Positions 1 through 11,369 of a DNA stretch of 55,703 nucleotides are shown one piece after another. A model generated the notes under the pieces. It made no database searches. It was given only the letters and a program-made list of their open reading frames with translations, and was not told where the DNA came from. The DNA comes from an uncultured Candidatus Saccharibacteria bacterium (lineage in GTDB: Bacteria; Patescibacteriota; Minisyncoccia; Sungbacterales; HO2-52-23). A program made the translations under genes and the position numbers. The DNA lies in assembly GCA_964412615.1 (NCBI GenBank), contig CAYPPK010000005.1:1-55703 (forward strand), given 5' to 3'. The stretch's first letter is position 1, and each line of letters opens with the position of its first letter.

Positions 1-521
<521 letters not shown>

Positions 522-550
522 ACAATTTAATTAATTAAATTTTTAAGTGA

Positions 551-734
551 GCGGCATGGTCAAGGCCTGTCGCCGAGAAAAACATTGCGGAGGACGCTGA
601 AGTGGGAACTAATTTAAAAGTTAAAGGTTTAAAGCGGACTCCGCACTGAGCGAAGACGGAATGTATCGTATTTAAAGATTTTATAGCCCGGCGAGCGTCT
701 TTTGGAGGCGATAGGCCGAGGGAACCGTGCCAGC
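551..734. ncRNA. structured ~180-nt element in the groES 5' leader (candidate leader structure or independent small RNA; strand unresolved)
   Basis: There is long-range pairing of 553-560 with 724-731 and of 564-574 with 708-718. An inner helix pairs 589-598 with 694-703. No ORF is present. The element lies between CIRCE and the groES start. Confidence 0.35.
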
Positions 735-742
735 GAACGATT

Positions 743-769
743 TTAGCACTCTAACGACCTGACTGCTAA
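743..769 (-). promoter_or_regulatory. CIRCE operator (HrcA binding site) of groES-groEL
   Basis: TTAGCACTC-N9-GACTGCTAA differs from the CIRCE consensus TTAGCACTC-N9-GAGTGCTAA at one position. It sits immediately downstream of the -10 box. Confidence 0.85.
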
Positions 770-771
770 CC

Positions 772-799
772 ATTATATGTAACTGCCGAATAGTGTCAA
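772..799 (-). promoter_or_regulatory. sigma-70 type promoter of groES-groEL
   Basis: The minus strand reads TTGACA (794-799), a 16-nt spacer, then TATAAT (772-777). Confidence 0.8.
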
Positions 800-812
800 G
801 AGGTAACAAAAA

Positions 813-836
813 GCCGCTGGGTTTGCCCCAGGCGGC
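813..836 (-). terminator. intrinsic terminator after ORF 838-1221
   Basis: GC stem gccgctggg/cccaggcggc is followed on the minus strand by TTTTT (plus-strand A run 808-812). It starts right after the TGA stop. Confidence 0.7.
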
Positions 837-837
837 G

Positions 838-1221
838 TCAGGTTTCTATCTCCCGCTTAGCGGAAATGGTCACAGCATTGCCTCCAAATTTAATCGTAAA
901 GCTTAACCCTTTTTCCAGCTTTGCCCAAAGATCGGCAAATTCCGGGCGTATCTTGTGAATCCAGTCTTCTTCCACATAGAAGCCGCCTCCGCTATAACCT
1001 GATAGTATTTGAATTCTGTTGTTAACCGTTGCCTCCTCGTTAAGGGCAGGGCCGACCAGTATCTCTACTCCTAATCCCAAGCTTAGGAAATTGCAGATTA
1101 TCTTAAGCATTTCGTGGCTAAGATTTACATTGCGCCAAAAAATAAAACGCCTTATTTCTTGGTTGATTCCGGAGCTCTTAAAGCCTATGCCGATATCAAA
1201 GATCTCCAGTTGCCGTTCCAT
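838..1221 (-). CDS. hypothetical protein (127 aa)
   Basis: The ORF has AAGGAG at 1228-1233, 6 nt upstream of the ATG, and its own terminator. It lies downstream of uvrA on the same strand. I do not recognise a family. Confidence 0.6.
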   Translation of the reverse strand: MERQLEIFDIGIGFKSSGINQEIRRFIFWRNVNLSHEMLKIICNFLSLGLGVEILVGPALNEEATVNNRIQILSGYSGGGFYVEEDWIHKIRPEFADLWAKLEKGLSFTIKFGGNAVTISAKREIET

Positions 1222-1287
1222 CTCTATCTCCTTGCCTATCTACTGTTTCCAGTATCGCCTCTATGAAATAAAAAGCAACCTAAATTT

Positions 1288-4134
1288 TCAAGATTTTTTA
1301 AGCCAGTCCCCGGTATAAGAGTTTTTTGCCTTCATCAAGGCCTCGGGAGTTCCTTCGGCCACCACTTCTCCACCTTTTTCTCCTCCTTCCGGCCCCAGAT
1401 CAATTATCCAGTCGGCGTTTTTCAACACGTCTAAATTATGCTCAATCACCAGCACGGTGTTGCTTTTGTCCACTAAAGCTCTAAGCACGGTAAGCAATTT
1501 GCGGATATCGTCAAAATGCAAGCCGGTCGTGGGCTCGTCCAGAATATACAAAGTTTTGCCGGTATCGCGGCGCGATAATTCCGTAGCCAGTTTGACTCGC
1601 TGGGCCTCGCCCCCGGATAGAGTCGGGGCCGGCTGACCCAATTTCATATAGCCCAAACCTACCTCGTGCAAAGTTTGCAATTTTGCTTTAATGGGCGGAA
1701 TGTCTTCAAAGAATTTCAGCGCTTCTTCCAACGACATATTCAAAACTTCAGCAATATTTTTACTTTTGTACTCAATTTCCAGCGCTTCCCGATTGTAGCG
1801 CCGGCCCTTGCATTCTTCGCATTCCACATAAACGTCCGGCAAAAAATACATTTCAATTTTCTTTACCCCCTGTCCCTCGCACGCTTCGCATCTGCCTCCT
1901 TTTACATTAAAACTGAATCTTCCCGGCTCGTAACCACGGGCGCGGGCTTCCGGCGTTTTGGCAAAAATACCTCGGATAAAGCCAAAAGCGCCGGTATAGG
2001 TTGCCGGATTGGAGCGCGGCGTGCGGCCGATGGGAGATTGATCCACCACCACGGCTTTATTAATGTTTTCCGTGCCGTCCAGTTTTTGGTGCTTACCGGG
2101 AAAAAGGTGGGCGTTATAAAATTTCACCAGCAGAGCTTTGGCAATAATGTCATTCACCAGCGTAGATTTGCCCGAGCCGGAAACTCCGGAAATGGCCACC
2201 AATTTTTCCAAAGGTATTTTGATTGTAAAATTTTTTAAATTATGTTCAGCCGCTCCTTTGACCGTTAAAAATTTTTGTTTTCTAGCAGAACCGGAATGTT
2301 TTGATTTTATGTTTATGGTTTTTTTGCCGCTTAGATATTGCCCGGTTAAAGAATGAGCTCGGAACAATTTTTCAGGAGTGCCGGCAAAAATAACTTCACC
2401 ACCGTGCTTGCCCGCTCCGGGTCCCAGATCAATTACCCAGTCGGCCTGCCGCATGGTTTCGGCGTCATGTTCCACTACCATGACCGTATTGCCAAGATCC
2501 CGCAGTTCTTTGAGCGTAGCAATCAGGCGCGCATGATCCCGGGGGTGCAAACCTATGGAGGGTTCATCCAAAATATAAATAATGCCGGTCAGGCGGGATC
2601 CGATTTGGGTAGCCAGCCGAATACGTTGGGCTTCTCCTCCGGAAAGCGAGGTAGATTCCCTGGCCAGCGTAAGGTATTCAACACCTACATCGGTTAAAAA
2701 TTTTAAACGCTTGACGATTTCTTTGAGCAAAGGAGACGCTATCTTAAAATCGCTGGCCGATAATTTGATATTTTTTTGCGCCAAGAAATTCTGAAAAAAT
2801 TTTTGCGCGTTTTCGGACGTGCGGTCGGTAACCGAGGCGATATTTTCTTCCCCGATTTTCACGGCCAAAGCTTCAGAGCGCAGTCGTTTTCCTTTGCATG
2901 CCGGGCATACTTTGATGATCATGTATTTTTCAATTTCTGCCCTGGTAAAATCAGAATCGGTTTCTTTCCATCTTCGCTTGAGATTGGGAATTACGCCTTC
3001 AAAGGCGGCCGAGCCGCGCTTTTCCTCTTTTTCGCCGTAAAGAATGAGGTCCCTAACCTGCGCTGATAGCTTCTCGACGGGTGAATTTAAAGAAAATTTA
3101 TATCGGCTGGCCAAATCATCCAAAATCCACCAATACCAGCTTTGCCTTCCCACTCGGTGTGAGGCCGAAGCCCAGGGACGGATAGCGCCTTCCGCGATAG
3201 TAAGACGCTTATTGGGTACTACCAATTCCGGATCAACTTCCAGCGTGGAGCCAAGACCGGTGCAAGTCGGGCAGGCGCCGTAAGGACTATTGAAACTGAA
3301 AATTCTCGGTTCAATTTCCGGCAGGCTGATGTCGCATTCCAGGCAAGCGAAATGCTCGGAATAATTAAGGTCCGCATGTCCGGAGCGAGCGATTATTAAT
3401 AAACCCTTGCCGATTTTTAAGGCGGTTTCCACCGAATCCCGAATCCTCGCCCGTTCAATATCGGCAGAAAGGGCAAAGCGATCCACCACCACTTCAATGG
3501 AGTGTTTTTTATTTTTATCCAAAATTTTTTCAATGGCGTCATCCAGCAGCATCATTTCGCCGTCAACTCGCGAACGAATAAATCCGGCCCTTTTTACTTC
3601 TTCCAGGACGGTCCGGTGCTCTCCTTTTTTCCCGCGGATTAAGGGCGCCAAAATTAAAAGCTCTTCGCTTTTGGGCAATTTGGAAAGGGAATTTACAATA
3701 TGATCCGAAGTTTGCCTGGAAACTGACTGGCCGCAATTGGGACAATGCGGCTTTCCTATGCGGGCAAAAAGAATTCTTAAATAGTCATAAATTTCCGTAA
3801 TTGTGCCCACGGTAGAGCGCGGATTGCGCGAGATGGATTTTTGATCTATAGAAATGGCCGGCGAAAGCCCGTCAATTGACTCTACTTCGGGTTTGTCCTG
3901 AACTCCTAAGAATTGACGGGCATAAGAAGAAAGGGATTCCACAAATCGCCTTTCCGCTTCCGCATAAATAGTATCAAAAGCCAAAGAAGATTTTCCCGAA
4001 CCAGAAAGCCCGGTGATCACCACTAGCTTATTTTTAGGTATATCCAAATCAATATTTTTCAGGTTATGCACCCGAGCGCCGCGGATTTTTATATACTGAC
4101 CTTCGGTTTGTCTTTTCTTCTTCACCATGGCCAT
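1288..4134 (-). CDS. uvrA: excinuclease ABC subunit A
   Basis: Two ABC ATPase modules are present ([26 protein letters not shown] twice) with zinc-finger Cys clusters, about 950 aa. The start is placed at MAMVKKK; the TTG-initiated extension to 4158 is unlikely. Confidence 0.95.
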   Translation of the reverse strand: MAMVKKKRQTEGQYIKIRGARVHNLKNIDLDIPKNKLVVITGLSGSGKSSLAFDTIYAEAERRFVESLSSYARQFLGVQDKPEVESIDGLSPAISIDQKSISRNPRSTVGTITEIYDYLRILFARIGKPHCPNCGQSVSRQTSDHIVNSLSKLPKSEELLILAPLIRGKKGEHRTVLEEVKRAGFIRSRVDGEMMLLDDAIEKILDKNKKHSIEVVVDRFALSADIERARIRDSVETALKIGKGLLIIARSGHADLNYSEHFACLECDISLPEIEPRIFSFNSPYGACPTCTGLGSTLEVDPELVVPNKRLTIAEGAIRPWASASHRVGRQSWYWWILDDLASRYKFSLNSPVEKLSAQVRDLILYGEKEEKRGSAAFEGVIPNLKRRWKETDSDFTRAEIEKYMIIKVCPACKGKRLRSEALAVKIGEENIASVTDRTSENAQKFFQNFLAQKNIKLSASDFKIASPLLKEIVKRLKFLTDVGVEYLTLARESTSLSGGEAQRIRLATQIGSRLTGIIYILDEPSIGLHPRDHARLIATLKELRDLGNTVMVVEHDAETMRQADWVIDLGPGAGKHGGEVIFAGTPEKLFRAHSLTGQYLSGKKTINIKSKHSGSARKQKFLTVKGAAEHNLKNFTIKIPLEKLVAISGVSGSGKSTLVNDIIAKALLVKFYNAHLFPGKHQKLDGTENINKAVVVDQSPIGRTPRSNPATYTGAFGFIRGIFAKTPEARARGYEPGRFSFNVKGGRCEACEGQGVKKIEMYFLPDVYVECEECKGRRYNREALEIEYKSKNIAEVLNMSLEEALKFFEDIPPIKAKLQTLHEVGLGYMKLGQPAPTLSGGEAQRVKLATELSRRDTGKTLYILDEPTTGLHFDDIRKLLTVLRALVDKSNTVLVIEHNLDVLKNADWIIDLGPEGGEKGGEVVAEGTPEALMKAKNSYTGDWLKKS

Positions 4135-4184
4135 ACATGATATACCCAATTGCAACAAAAATCAATTGCTTACGATAAAAATAA

Positions 4185-4200
4185 CCCGTCTTAAGACGGG
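4185..4200 (-). terminator. hairpin terminator overlapping the stop of ORF 4191-4745
   Basis: cccgtc-ttaa-gacggg is followed on the minus strand by TTATTTTTA. Confidence 0.5.
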
Positions 4201-4745
4201 CTTGGTATTGGTTCTTGAACGGGAGCAAGAAACCTTTTGGCGGCTGAAGCGCCGGCTTCAAGCCATTTCTTTATTTTTGATTTGGCTGGAGGAAGAGGAT
4301 CACAAGCAAGGAAATATTCGAAACAATTGTAAAAAAGAAAATATAGTATATATCCCACCCCGACCAGCGAAAAAACACCCACAGCCAGAAGAGTTAGCGC
4401 AGAAAACGCAAATAAACAACTAATTCGTGATCTCCAATAACTGACCTTGAATGGATTGGAATATCCATTGTTGGCATATTGCGTAACTATTTTTTTTGCT
4501 TTTACATTCAACAACCAGGCCGGAACTATGGAAACAAACATAAAGGTTGGACCTAGTATGACAGCAAAATTGAAACCTAGCAGTAAGGCAAACCACGAAA
4601 AGTATAGAGAAAAACCGAGGAAAGCAAGCACTAAAGATAGCTTGCCAAGCCAGAAACAATCATGTCCGGTAAGTTTTTGCCAACGGTGGCTAAATTTTTC
4701 AAATCCAGCAAGAATTAAGCCATCCAATTTGAACAAACCTTCCAT
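4191..4745 (-). CDS. hypothetical integral membrane protein (about 4 TM segments)
   Basis: It contains hydrophobic segments (LSLVLAFLGFSLYF, ALLLGFNFAVILGPTFMFVSIV, LFAFSALTLLAVGVFSLVGVGYILYF). The start is moved to MEGLFKL (4745) because the longer ORF would overlap the uvrC start. Confidence 0.6.
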   Translation of the reverse strand: MEGLFKLDGLILAGFEKFSHRWQKLTGHDCFWLGKLSLVLAFLGFSLYFSWFALLLGFNFAVILGPTFMFVSIVPAWLLNVKAKKIVTQYANNGYSNPFKVSYWRSRISCLFAFSALTLLAVGVFSLVGVGYILYFLFYNCFEYFLACDPLPPAKSKIKKWLEAGASAAKRFLAPVQEPIPSPS

Positions 4746-4806
4746 GACGGACTCCTTGGTTTGTGAACTATTTAATGTTATACTATGAAAAATCTTTTCC
4801 GTCAAA

Positions 4807-6111
4807 ATGATTTTGCTGCCCAAAAAACTTCCCAATAATCCCGGCGTTTATATTTTCCGAGCAAGGAATGGAGCGCCTATTTATATCGGGAAAGCCGCGA
4901 GTTTAAAAAAACGGCTGGTTTCGTATTGGCGCAAGGACATAAGTTCCAAAGTTAAGCAGATGTTGGAGGAGGCGCAAAGGTTAGAATGGGTTGAAACTGA
5001 ATCCGAGATTGATGCTTTGCTTAAAGAAGCGGAATTCATCAAGGCACATCTTCCTAAATTTAATATTCTCCTGCGGGATGACAAAAATTTCTTTTTCGTG
5101 GGAATTACCAAGGAGAAATTTCCCAGAATATTTCTGACTCACCAGCCCCGCACTTTCTTTATTCATTTCCAGAAAAATGTTCCTAAAATAGATTTTATTG
5201 GGCCGTTTACTAGTGGTTCGTCGCTAAAAATAGTTTTGCGCTTATTGCGTGGCATATTCCCCTACTGCACCTGCCAAGAGAAGCATAAGCGCCCTTGCCT
5301 AAATTCAGAAATCGGAAGGTGCCCGGGTTTTTGCTGCCTAAAAGAAAACAAAGAATCTTCGACGGAACATGTTGCCGAATATCAAAAAAACATAAGAAGT
5401 ATCGTTTCCGTATTAAATGGCAGAAAGAAGAAAATTTTAAAGGAGTTAGAAAGAGAGATGAAGGAGGCGGCTAAAAATCAAGCATTTGAAAAAGCCGCTA
5501 AAATCAGAAATCAAAGGCAAGGATTGGAAAATATCTTTGCCCATGCGGTTCTGAATAATCAGGCCATCCGGCGGCCTTTTAACTGGTCCAAAATCCAAAA
5601 AAATCTTAAGTCGCTTCTGGGAACAAATATCAGGCGAGCTGAAGGCTATGATATATCCAATGTATCCGGAACTGATGCGACTGGCTCCATGGTTGTTTTT
5701 ATTGATGGCCAGCCGGCAAAATCCGAGTATCGGAAATTTAAAATTCGCACGATGCGGCAGCCCAATGATATTGCCATGCACCGGGAAGTTATTCGCCGCC
5801 GCCTTACTCATTCCGAATGGCCATATCCGGATTTAATGCTTATTGACGGCGGCAAAGCACAGCTTAATGCGGCGCTTGCTGCATTGCGGAATTTTCAATT
5901 TTCAATGGCCAATTTTCAAAAGCCGGCTGTCGCGGCTCTTGCCAAACGCGAAGAGGAATTATATTTGCCCAATCGCAGCACTCCTTTGCGACTGGCTTCA
6001 CTTCCACCGGATACCGCTTTTTTCTTCCAACGAATTCGCGATGAATCCCATCGTTTCGCCAAAAAATATCATCATAAGCGGCGCGAAATACTATTCCGTG
6101 GTAAAAATTAA
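4807..6111 (+). CDS. uvrC: excinuclease ABC subunit C, short form lacking the C-terminal (HhH)2 domain
   Basis: It has a GIY-YIG N-terminus (PGVYIFRARNGAPIYIGKA), a Cys-rich segment, a UVR-like helix (AAKNQAFEKAAKIRNQ) and an endonuclease V-like domain (GYDISN...). It ends at 434 aa. Confidence 0.85.
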   Translation: MILLPKKLPNNPGVYIFRARNGAPIYIGKAASLKKRLVSYWRKDISSKVKQMLEEAQRLEWVETESEIDALLKEAEFIKAHLPKFNILLRDDKNFFFVGITKEKFPRIFLTHQPRTFFIHFQKNVPKIDFIGPFTSGSSLKIVLRLLRGIFPYCTCQEKHKRPCLNSEIGRCPGFCCLKENKESSTEHVAEYQKNIRSIVSVLNGRKKKILKELEREMKEAAKNQAFEKAAKIRNQRQGLENIFAHAVLNNQAIRRPFNWSKIQKNLKSLLGTNIRRAEGYDISNVSGTDATGSMVVFIDGQPAKSEYRKFKIRTMRQPNDIAMHREVIRRRLTHSEWPYPDLMLIDGGKAQLNAALAALRNFQFSMANFQKPAVAALAKREEELYLPNRSTPLRLASLPPDTAFFFQRIRDESHRFAKKYHHKRREILFRGKN

Positions 6112-6113
6112 AA

Positions 6114-6137
6114 CCGTCTGGGACGTGCCCAGAACGG
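6114..6137 (-). terminator. hairpin between convergent uvrC and ORF 6142-6579
   Basis: ccgtctggg/cccagaacgg stem; T-rich on the minus-strand side. Confidence 0.5.
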
Positions 6138-6141
6138 CAAA

Positions 6142-6579
6142 CTAAAAAGTGCGAATTATTCCGACATCATCAATAAAAAATGTTTCTACTGGCAAGTCGG
6201 GAAACCATTTCTCAACTAGATCCTTTACTTTGCAATGTTCTTGGAGATGGCATTCCAATTCTAGTTTTCTGTTCTGAAATCTTGCAAAACCTCCAAAATA
6301 AAGGCAATCATGGTGCGTGAACAAGAGCGCTTTTTTTGCTCTATGGGATTTAACCGAGATTTGCATTTGGTGGCGCATGAAATCTCGTATGCCGGGAAAC
6401 TGTGGGGTTGAGAATACGGCAGCACCACCCGCAGCAGTATATTGGTCCAATCTAGTGATATTGAGGCTTCGCATAAATGCTTTGAATGCCTTCCAAAATC
6501 TATCATCTACGCAACGTACTACCACCGCATCCGCTGTATAGCCGTTAAGATCAGCAGGGTGCCGAAAGATGTAGTCCAC
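6142..6579 (-). CDS. beta-carbonic-anhydrase-like small protein, paralog 2 (145 aa)
   Basis: It carries RCVDDRF (C-x-D-x-R) and THHDCLYFGG (H-x-x-C). It has a GTG start with AAGGAG at 6587-6592. It is a clear paralog of ORF 6662-7105. Confidence 0.6.
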   Translation of the reverse strand: MDYIFRHPADLNGYTADAVVVRCVDDRFWKAFKAFMRSLNITRLDQYTAAGGAAVFSTPQFPGIRDFMRHQMQISVKSHRAKKALLFTHHDCLYFGGFARFQNRKLELECHLQEHCKVKDLVEKWFPDLPVETFFIDDVGIIRTF

Positions 6580-6661
6580 CTGTTTTCTCCTTCTCTGTGC
6601 CGCATAATAAAATACCGCAAAAAAATGCGGTTGGCAAGAGGGTAAGCTAATAACAGCTTAT

Positions 6662-7105
6662 TTAAGATATTTTTATTACACCGCCTAAATCAATGAAATA
6701 GCTATCCACCGGCATATCGGGAAATTTTTTTGCAATTACCTTGCGAGCCTTATTATGCTCTGCCTCATGAAAGGCAAATTCTTCTTTTTTGTTCCCGGCA
6801 AAGCGGGAACTGCCGCCGTATGCTCCGCAATCCTGATGGGTAAAAAGAAAAACTCGCGTGGTATGGTGAAGTTTGATTGATTTTTCCAGTTCTCGCAGCA
6901 TAAAACCGCGGTCACTCTCTTTTTCCGGAGAAGCAAACACTTTTGCGCCACCAGCCACAGATTCGGTATCAATGTGGTCAAGTTGTAGATGTTTTATGAA
7001 GCGTTTGAAAGTTTTCCAAAAGCGGTTATCAAAACAGCGAACGGCGAACGCGTCCGCTCCATAGTGATCCGGCTTGGTTTCAAATTTGAAAACGTATTGC
7101 CCCAT
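6662..7105 (-). CDS. beta-carbonic-anhydrase-like small protein, paralog 1 (147 aa)
   Basis: It carries RCFDNRF (C-x-D-x-R) and THQDCGAYGG (H-x-x-C-G). Its ATG lies 2 nt after the atpC stop (TAATTATG), which implies translational coupling. Confidence 0.6.
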   Translation of the reverse strand: MGQYVFKFETKPDHYGADAFAVRCFDNRFWKTFKRFIKHLQLDHIDTESVAGGAKVFASPEKESDRGFMLRELEKSIKLHHTTRVFLFTHQDCGAYGGSSRFAGNKKEEFAFHEAEHNKARKVIAKKFPDMPVDSYFIDLGGVIKIS

Positions 7106-7107
7106 AA

Positions 7108-7347
7108 TTAACTATCGGCCAGTACTACCACCTCGCTCTCCGGCCGCACTTCCAGAAAACCTGACTTTACCGGAATGACGTTGCGCTTTCCCTTTTTTTC
7201 TGTTTCCAGAGCCGGTCCTTTCAGCAAAGTTATTAAGGGCAAATGATTTTCCAGAACCGTAATTTCGCCCATGGCGGTTTTGGCGATAACCTTATCTACT
7301 TCGCCTGCAAAAAGAGTATTTTTAATCGTGTATACAGATAATTTCAT
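7108..7347 (-). CDS. atpC: F1 ATP synthase epsilon subunit, N-terminal beta-sandwich only (79 aa)
   Basis: It sits directly after atpD, and its sequence MKLSVYTIKNTLFAGEVDKVIAKTAMGEITVLENHLPLIT is epsilon-like. The C-terminal helical hairpin is absent. Confidence 0.8.
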   Translation of the reverse strand: MKLSVYTIKNTLFAGEVDKVIAKTAMGEITVLENHLPLITLLKGPALETEKKGKRNVIPVKSGFLEVRPESEVVVLADS

Positions 7348-7356
7348 AACTATTCA

Positions 7357-8730
<1,374 letters not shown>

Positions 8731-8733
8731 CTA

Positions 8734-9657
8734 TTAATTTCCCTCCAGGAATTCTTTGCCGGCCGTGATTTCGGTTAATTCGCGAGTAATGCCTGCTTGC
8801 CGGGCTTTGTTAAAAACTAAGGTCAATTCTGACATTAATTCCCTCGCGTTGTCGGAGGCATTTTTCATGGCAACCATTCGCGCTGAATGCTCGGAGGCAT
8901 TTGATTCCAGAATCAACTGGTGGATGTGCATGCGTAAAAGTTGAGGAACTAAAGCGGTTAAAATTTCTGCCGGTGAAGGTTCAAATTTATATTCGTAGCT
9001 ATATATGTCAGGTATTTTTTGTTCTGCCGGCAGCGAGGAAAATTTTCCGTATTCGGGCAAGATAGACACTACTGCCTCCCGAATACTGGCTGCGCTGGCT
9101 GGCAAAATCTTTTTGGCAACCGCCTCTTGTAATAGAGTAGTGCGAAAATTAGTATAAATAACTTCTACTTCGTCAAATTCGCCGCGTTGAAACCCCTCTA
9201 AGACAGTCTCGGCCACCGATTGGGTTTCGCCGAGAGTTGAATAATCTCCAAATCCCCAAAAACTTTTGGCGACCGGAATATTTCTTCGTTCAAAATAGTC
9301 GCGAGCTTTTTTCCCTACCGTGATGAGTGCAAACGGCTGCTGCTTGAGCCTTAATTCGGCTTTCCGCAAGACATTGGCGTTGAATGCGCCTGCTAATCCT
9401 TTATCCGACGTGATCACCAAAAGTGCAGTTTTTTTAACATCGCGCTTTTGCAGGAGAGGCGGCAAATTTTCTGCGGGTGTCCGCCCCAATAAGTTTTTTA
9501 ATATTTCCAGTGAAGCAACCGCGTAAGGCCGGGCTGCCAGGGCAAACCCTTGCGCCTTGCGCATTTTGGTTGCCGAAACCACCTCCATAGCTTTGGTAAT
9601 TTGGGAAGTATTTTTAACTGATTTTATTCTTTGTTTGATAGCTTTGGTTGATGGCAT
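8734..9657 (-). CDS. atpG: F1 ATP synthase gamma subunit
   Basis: It has the N-terminus IKQRIKSVKNTSQITKAMEVVSATKMRKAQ and the C-terminus NKARQAGITRELTEI. Confidence 0.9.
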   Translation of the reverse strand: MPSTKAIKQRIKSVKNTSQITKAMEVVSATKMRKAQGFALAARPYAVASLEILKNLLGRTPAENLPPLLQKRDVKKTALLVITSDKGLAGAFNANVLRKAELRLKQQPFALITVGKKARDYFERRNIPVAKSFWGFGDYSTLGETQSVAETVLEGFQRGEFDEVEVIYTNFRTTLLQEAVAKKILPASAASIREAVVSILPEYGKFSSLPAEQKIPDIYSYEYKFEPSPAEILTALVPQLLRMHIHQLILESNASEHSARMVAMKNASDNARELMSELTLVFNKARQAGITRELTEITAGKEFLEGN

Positions 9658-9693
9658 AGACCGAAGATAAAAGTAAAAAGATAAAGGATAAAA

Positions 9694-11262
9694 TTATAAT
9701 TTAAAGAATTCGGCCAGAGATTTCTTTAATATTTCTTCCATGTCTGCGCTAAGTTCGCCTGAAGTCCTAATTTTTTCCAGCACGGAATCGGCATATAATT
9801 TTTCCATGTAATCCAGCATCTTTGCGGATTGCTCCCTGACATCCTCTATGGCTGCCTCATCAAAATAACCATTAGTTCCGGCATAGATCAGCACCACTTG
9901 CTTTTCAAAAGGTATAGGCTGAAGTTCAGGCTGCTTAAGAAGCTCGGTAAGTACCCGGCCCCTCTCCAAGCGTTTGCGGGTTGATTCATCCAATTCCGAA
10001 GCAAACTGGGCAAAAGCGGCTAATTCGCGATATTGGGCAAGTTCCAGGCGCAACCTGCCAGCCACTTTTTTCATGGCTTTGGTTTGGGCGGCTGATCCCA
10101 CTCGGGATACTGAAAGTCCCACGTTTACTGCTGGTCTAATGCCCTGAAAGAAAAGCTCCGGCTCTAAATAAATTTGACCATCAGTAATGGAAATAACATT
10201 AGTTGGAATATAAGCGGAAACATCGCCCAACTGGGTTTCAATTATAGGCAAAGCAGTCAGCGATCCTCCCCCGTTTTCTTTATTAAGTTTGGCTGCTCGC
10301 TCCAAAAGCCGGGAATGCAAATAAAAAATATCGCCTGGATAGGCTTCTCGTCCCGGAGGACGGCGCAGCAGCAAAGAAAGTTCCCGATAGGCCCAGGCAT
10401 GCTTGGAAAGGTCATCATAAATTACCAAAGCATCTTTTCCTTGGTGCATAAAATATTCTCCGATAGCGGTGGCGCTGTAAGGCGCCAAATACCACAAGGA
10501 GGCGGGCAGAGAAGCCGGGGCCGAAACAACAATGGTATAATCCATGGCGCCTTGTTCTTTCAAGGTGGCGACAATTTTTGCCACTTTGGATTCTTTTTGC
10601 CCAATCGCCACATAAATACAAATGGGAGTAGCGTAGCGCTTTTCTTTGCCTTGATTAATAATAGTGTCTACGACAATGGAAGTTTTTCCAATCTGGCGAT
10701 CGCCAATAATAAGTTCGCGTTGGCCCCGGCCGATCGGAATCATGGCATCAATGGCTTTAATGCCGGTATGCAAAGGGGTATTAACCGGTTCTCGCATCAC
10801 TACCGTAGGGGCTAGACGCTCGACGGGAAAATAAATTCCTTCATCGGTATCTTTCCCGCCCCTTTGGGGCGAGGCCTCGCCAGCTTTGCGGGCGGAAAAA
10901 ATGGGACCGCGGCCGTCAATTGGGTTGCCTAAGGGATCAACTACTCGCCCAATCAATTCATCTCCGACTCGCAAAGATAGAACTCTGCCGGTGGGTTTTA
11001 CCGTATTCCCCTCCTTAATTTTTAAGTAATCACCCAAAATAATTGCCCCAACCGTATCTTCTTCTAAATTAAAGGCGATTCCAGAAACCTGTCCGCCTTC
11101 AGTTTCAAAATCAAGCATTTCTTGGGAGGCAGCTTCACCTAAACCGTAAATTTTTGCAATGCCGTCCCCTATTTCAAGCACTCGGCCGATTTTTTCGGCC
11201 TTTATTTTGCGCTTAAATCCTTCTATTTCCTGGCGTAAATTTTCTACAATAAAGTCTTTCAT
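9694..11262 (-). CDS. atpA: F1 ATP synthase alpha subunit
   Basis: It has the Walker A motif GDRQIGKT and, at 522 aa, typical alpha sequence. Confidence 0.95.
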   Translation of the reverse strand: MKDFIVENLRQEIEGFKRKIKAEKIGRVLEIGDGIAKIYGLGEAASQEMLDFETEGGQVSGIAFNLEEDTVGAIILGDYLKIKEGNTVKPTGRVLSLRVGDELIGRVVDPLGNPIDGRGPIFSARKAGEASPQRGGKDTDEGIYFPVERLAPTVVMREPVNTPLHTGIKAIDAMIPIGRGQRELIIGDRQIGKTSIVVDTIINQGKEKRYATPICIYVAIGQKESKVAKIVATLKEQGAMDYTIVVSAPASLPASLWYLAPYSATAIGEYFMHQGKDALVIYDDLSKHAWAYRELSLLLRRPPGREAYPGDIFYLHSRLLERAAKLNKENGGGSLTALPIIETQLGDVSAYIPTNVISITDGQIYLEPELFFQGIRPAVNVGLSVSRVGSAAQTKAMKKVAGRLRLELAQYRELAAFAQFASELDESTRKRLERGRVLTELLKQPELQPIPFEKQVVLIYAGTNGYFDEAAIEDVREQSAKMLDYMEKLYADSVLEKIRTSGELSADMEEILKKSLAEFFKL

Positions 11263-11283
11263 TTTTGATCAGACACAATTTTA

Positions 11284-11312
11284 ATTATACAAGATGGAGG
11301 CTCTTCCTGCAA
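11284..11312 (-). promoter_or_regulatory. promoter of atpAGDC
   Basis: The minus strand reads TTGCAG (11307-11312), a 17-nt spacer, then TATAAT (11284-11289), just downstream of the dnaJ terminator. Confidence 0.6.
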
Positions 11313-11314
11313 GT

Positions 11315-11345
11315 AAAAAACCGCATAAGCATTGAACTTATCCGG
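11315..11345 (-). terminator. intrinsic terminator after dnaJ
   Basis: On the minus strand, ccggataag-ttcaat-cttatgcgg (one mismatch) is followed by TTTTTT. Confidence 0.65.
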
Positions 11346-11369
11346 CTCTTATTGATCGTCTAAAATTAA

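Noticed and set aside
1666-4261. Many ORFs of 60-190 aa antisense to or overlapping uvrA (e.g. 1666-2238, 2353-2697, 3407-3703, 4064-4261)
   Set aside because: They lie entirely inside a well-supported long gene on the other strand or in another frame. Their translations are low-complexity with no start signals. They are typical shadow ORFs.
4746-4835. Longer start of the membrane ORF 4191-4835
   Set aside because: It would overlap the divergent uvrC start by 29 nt. The internal Met at 4745 gives a sensible intergenic promoter region.
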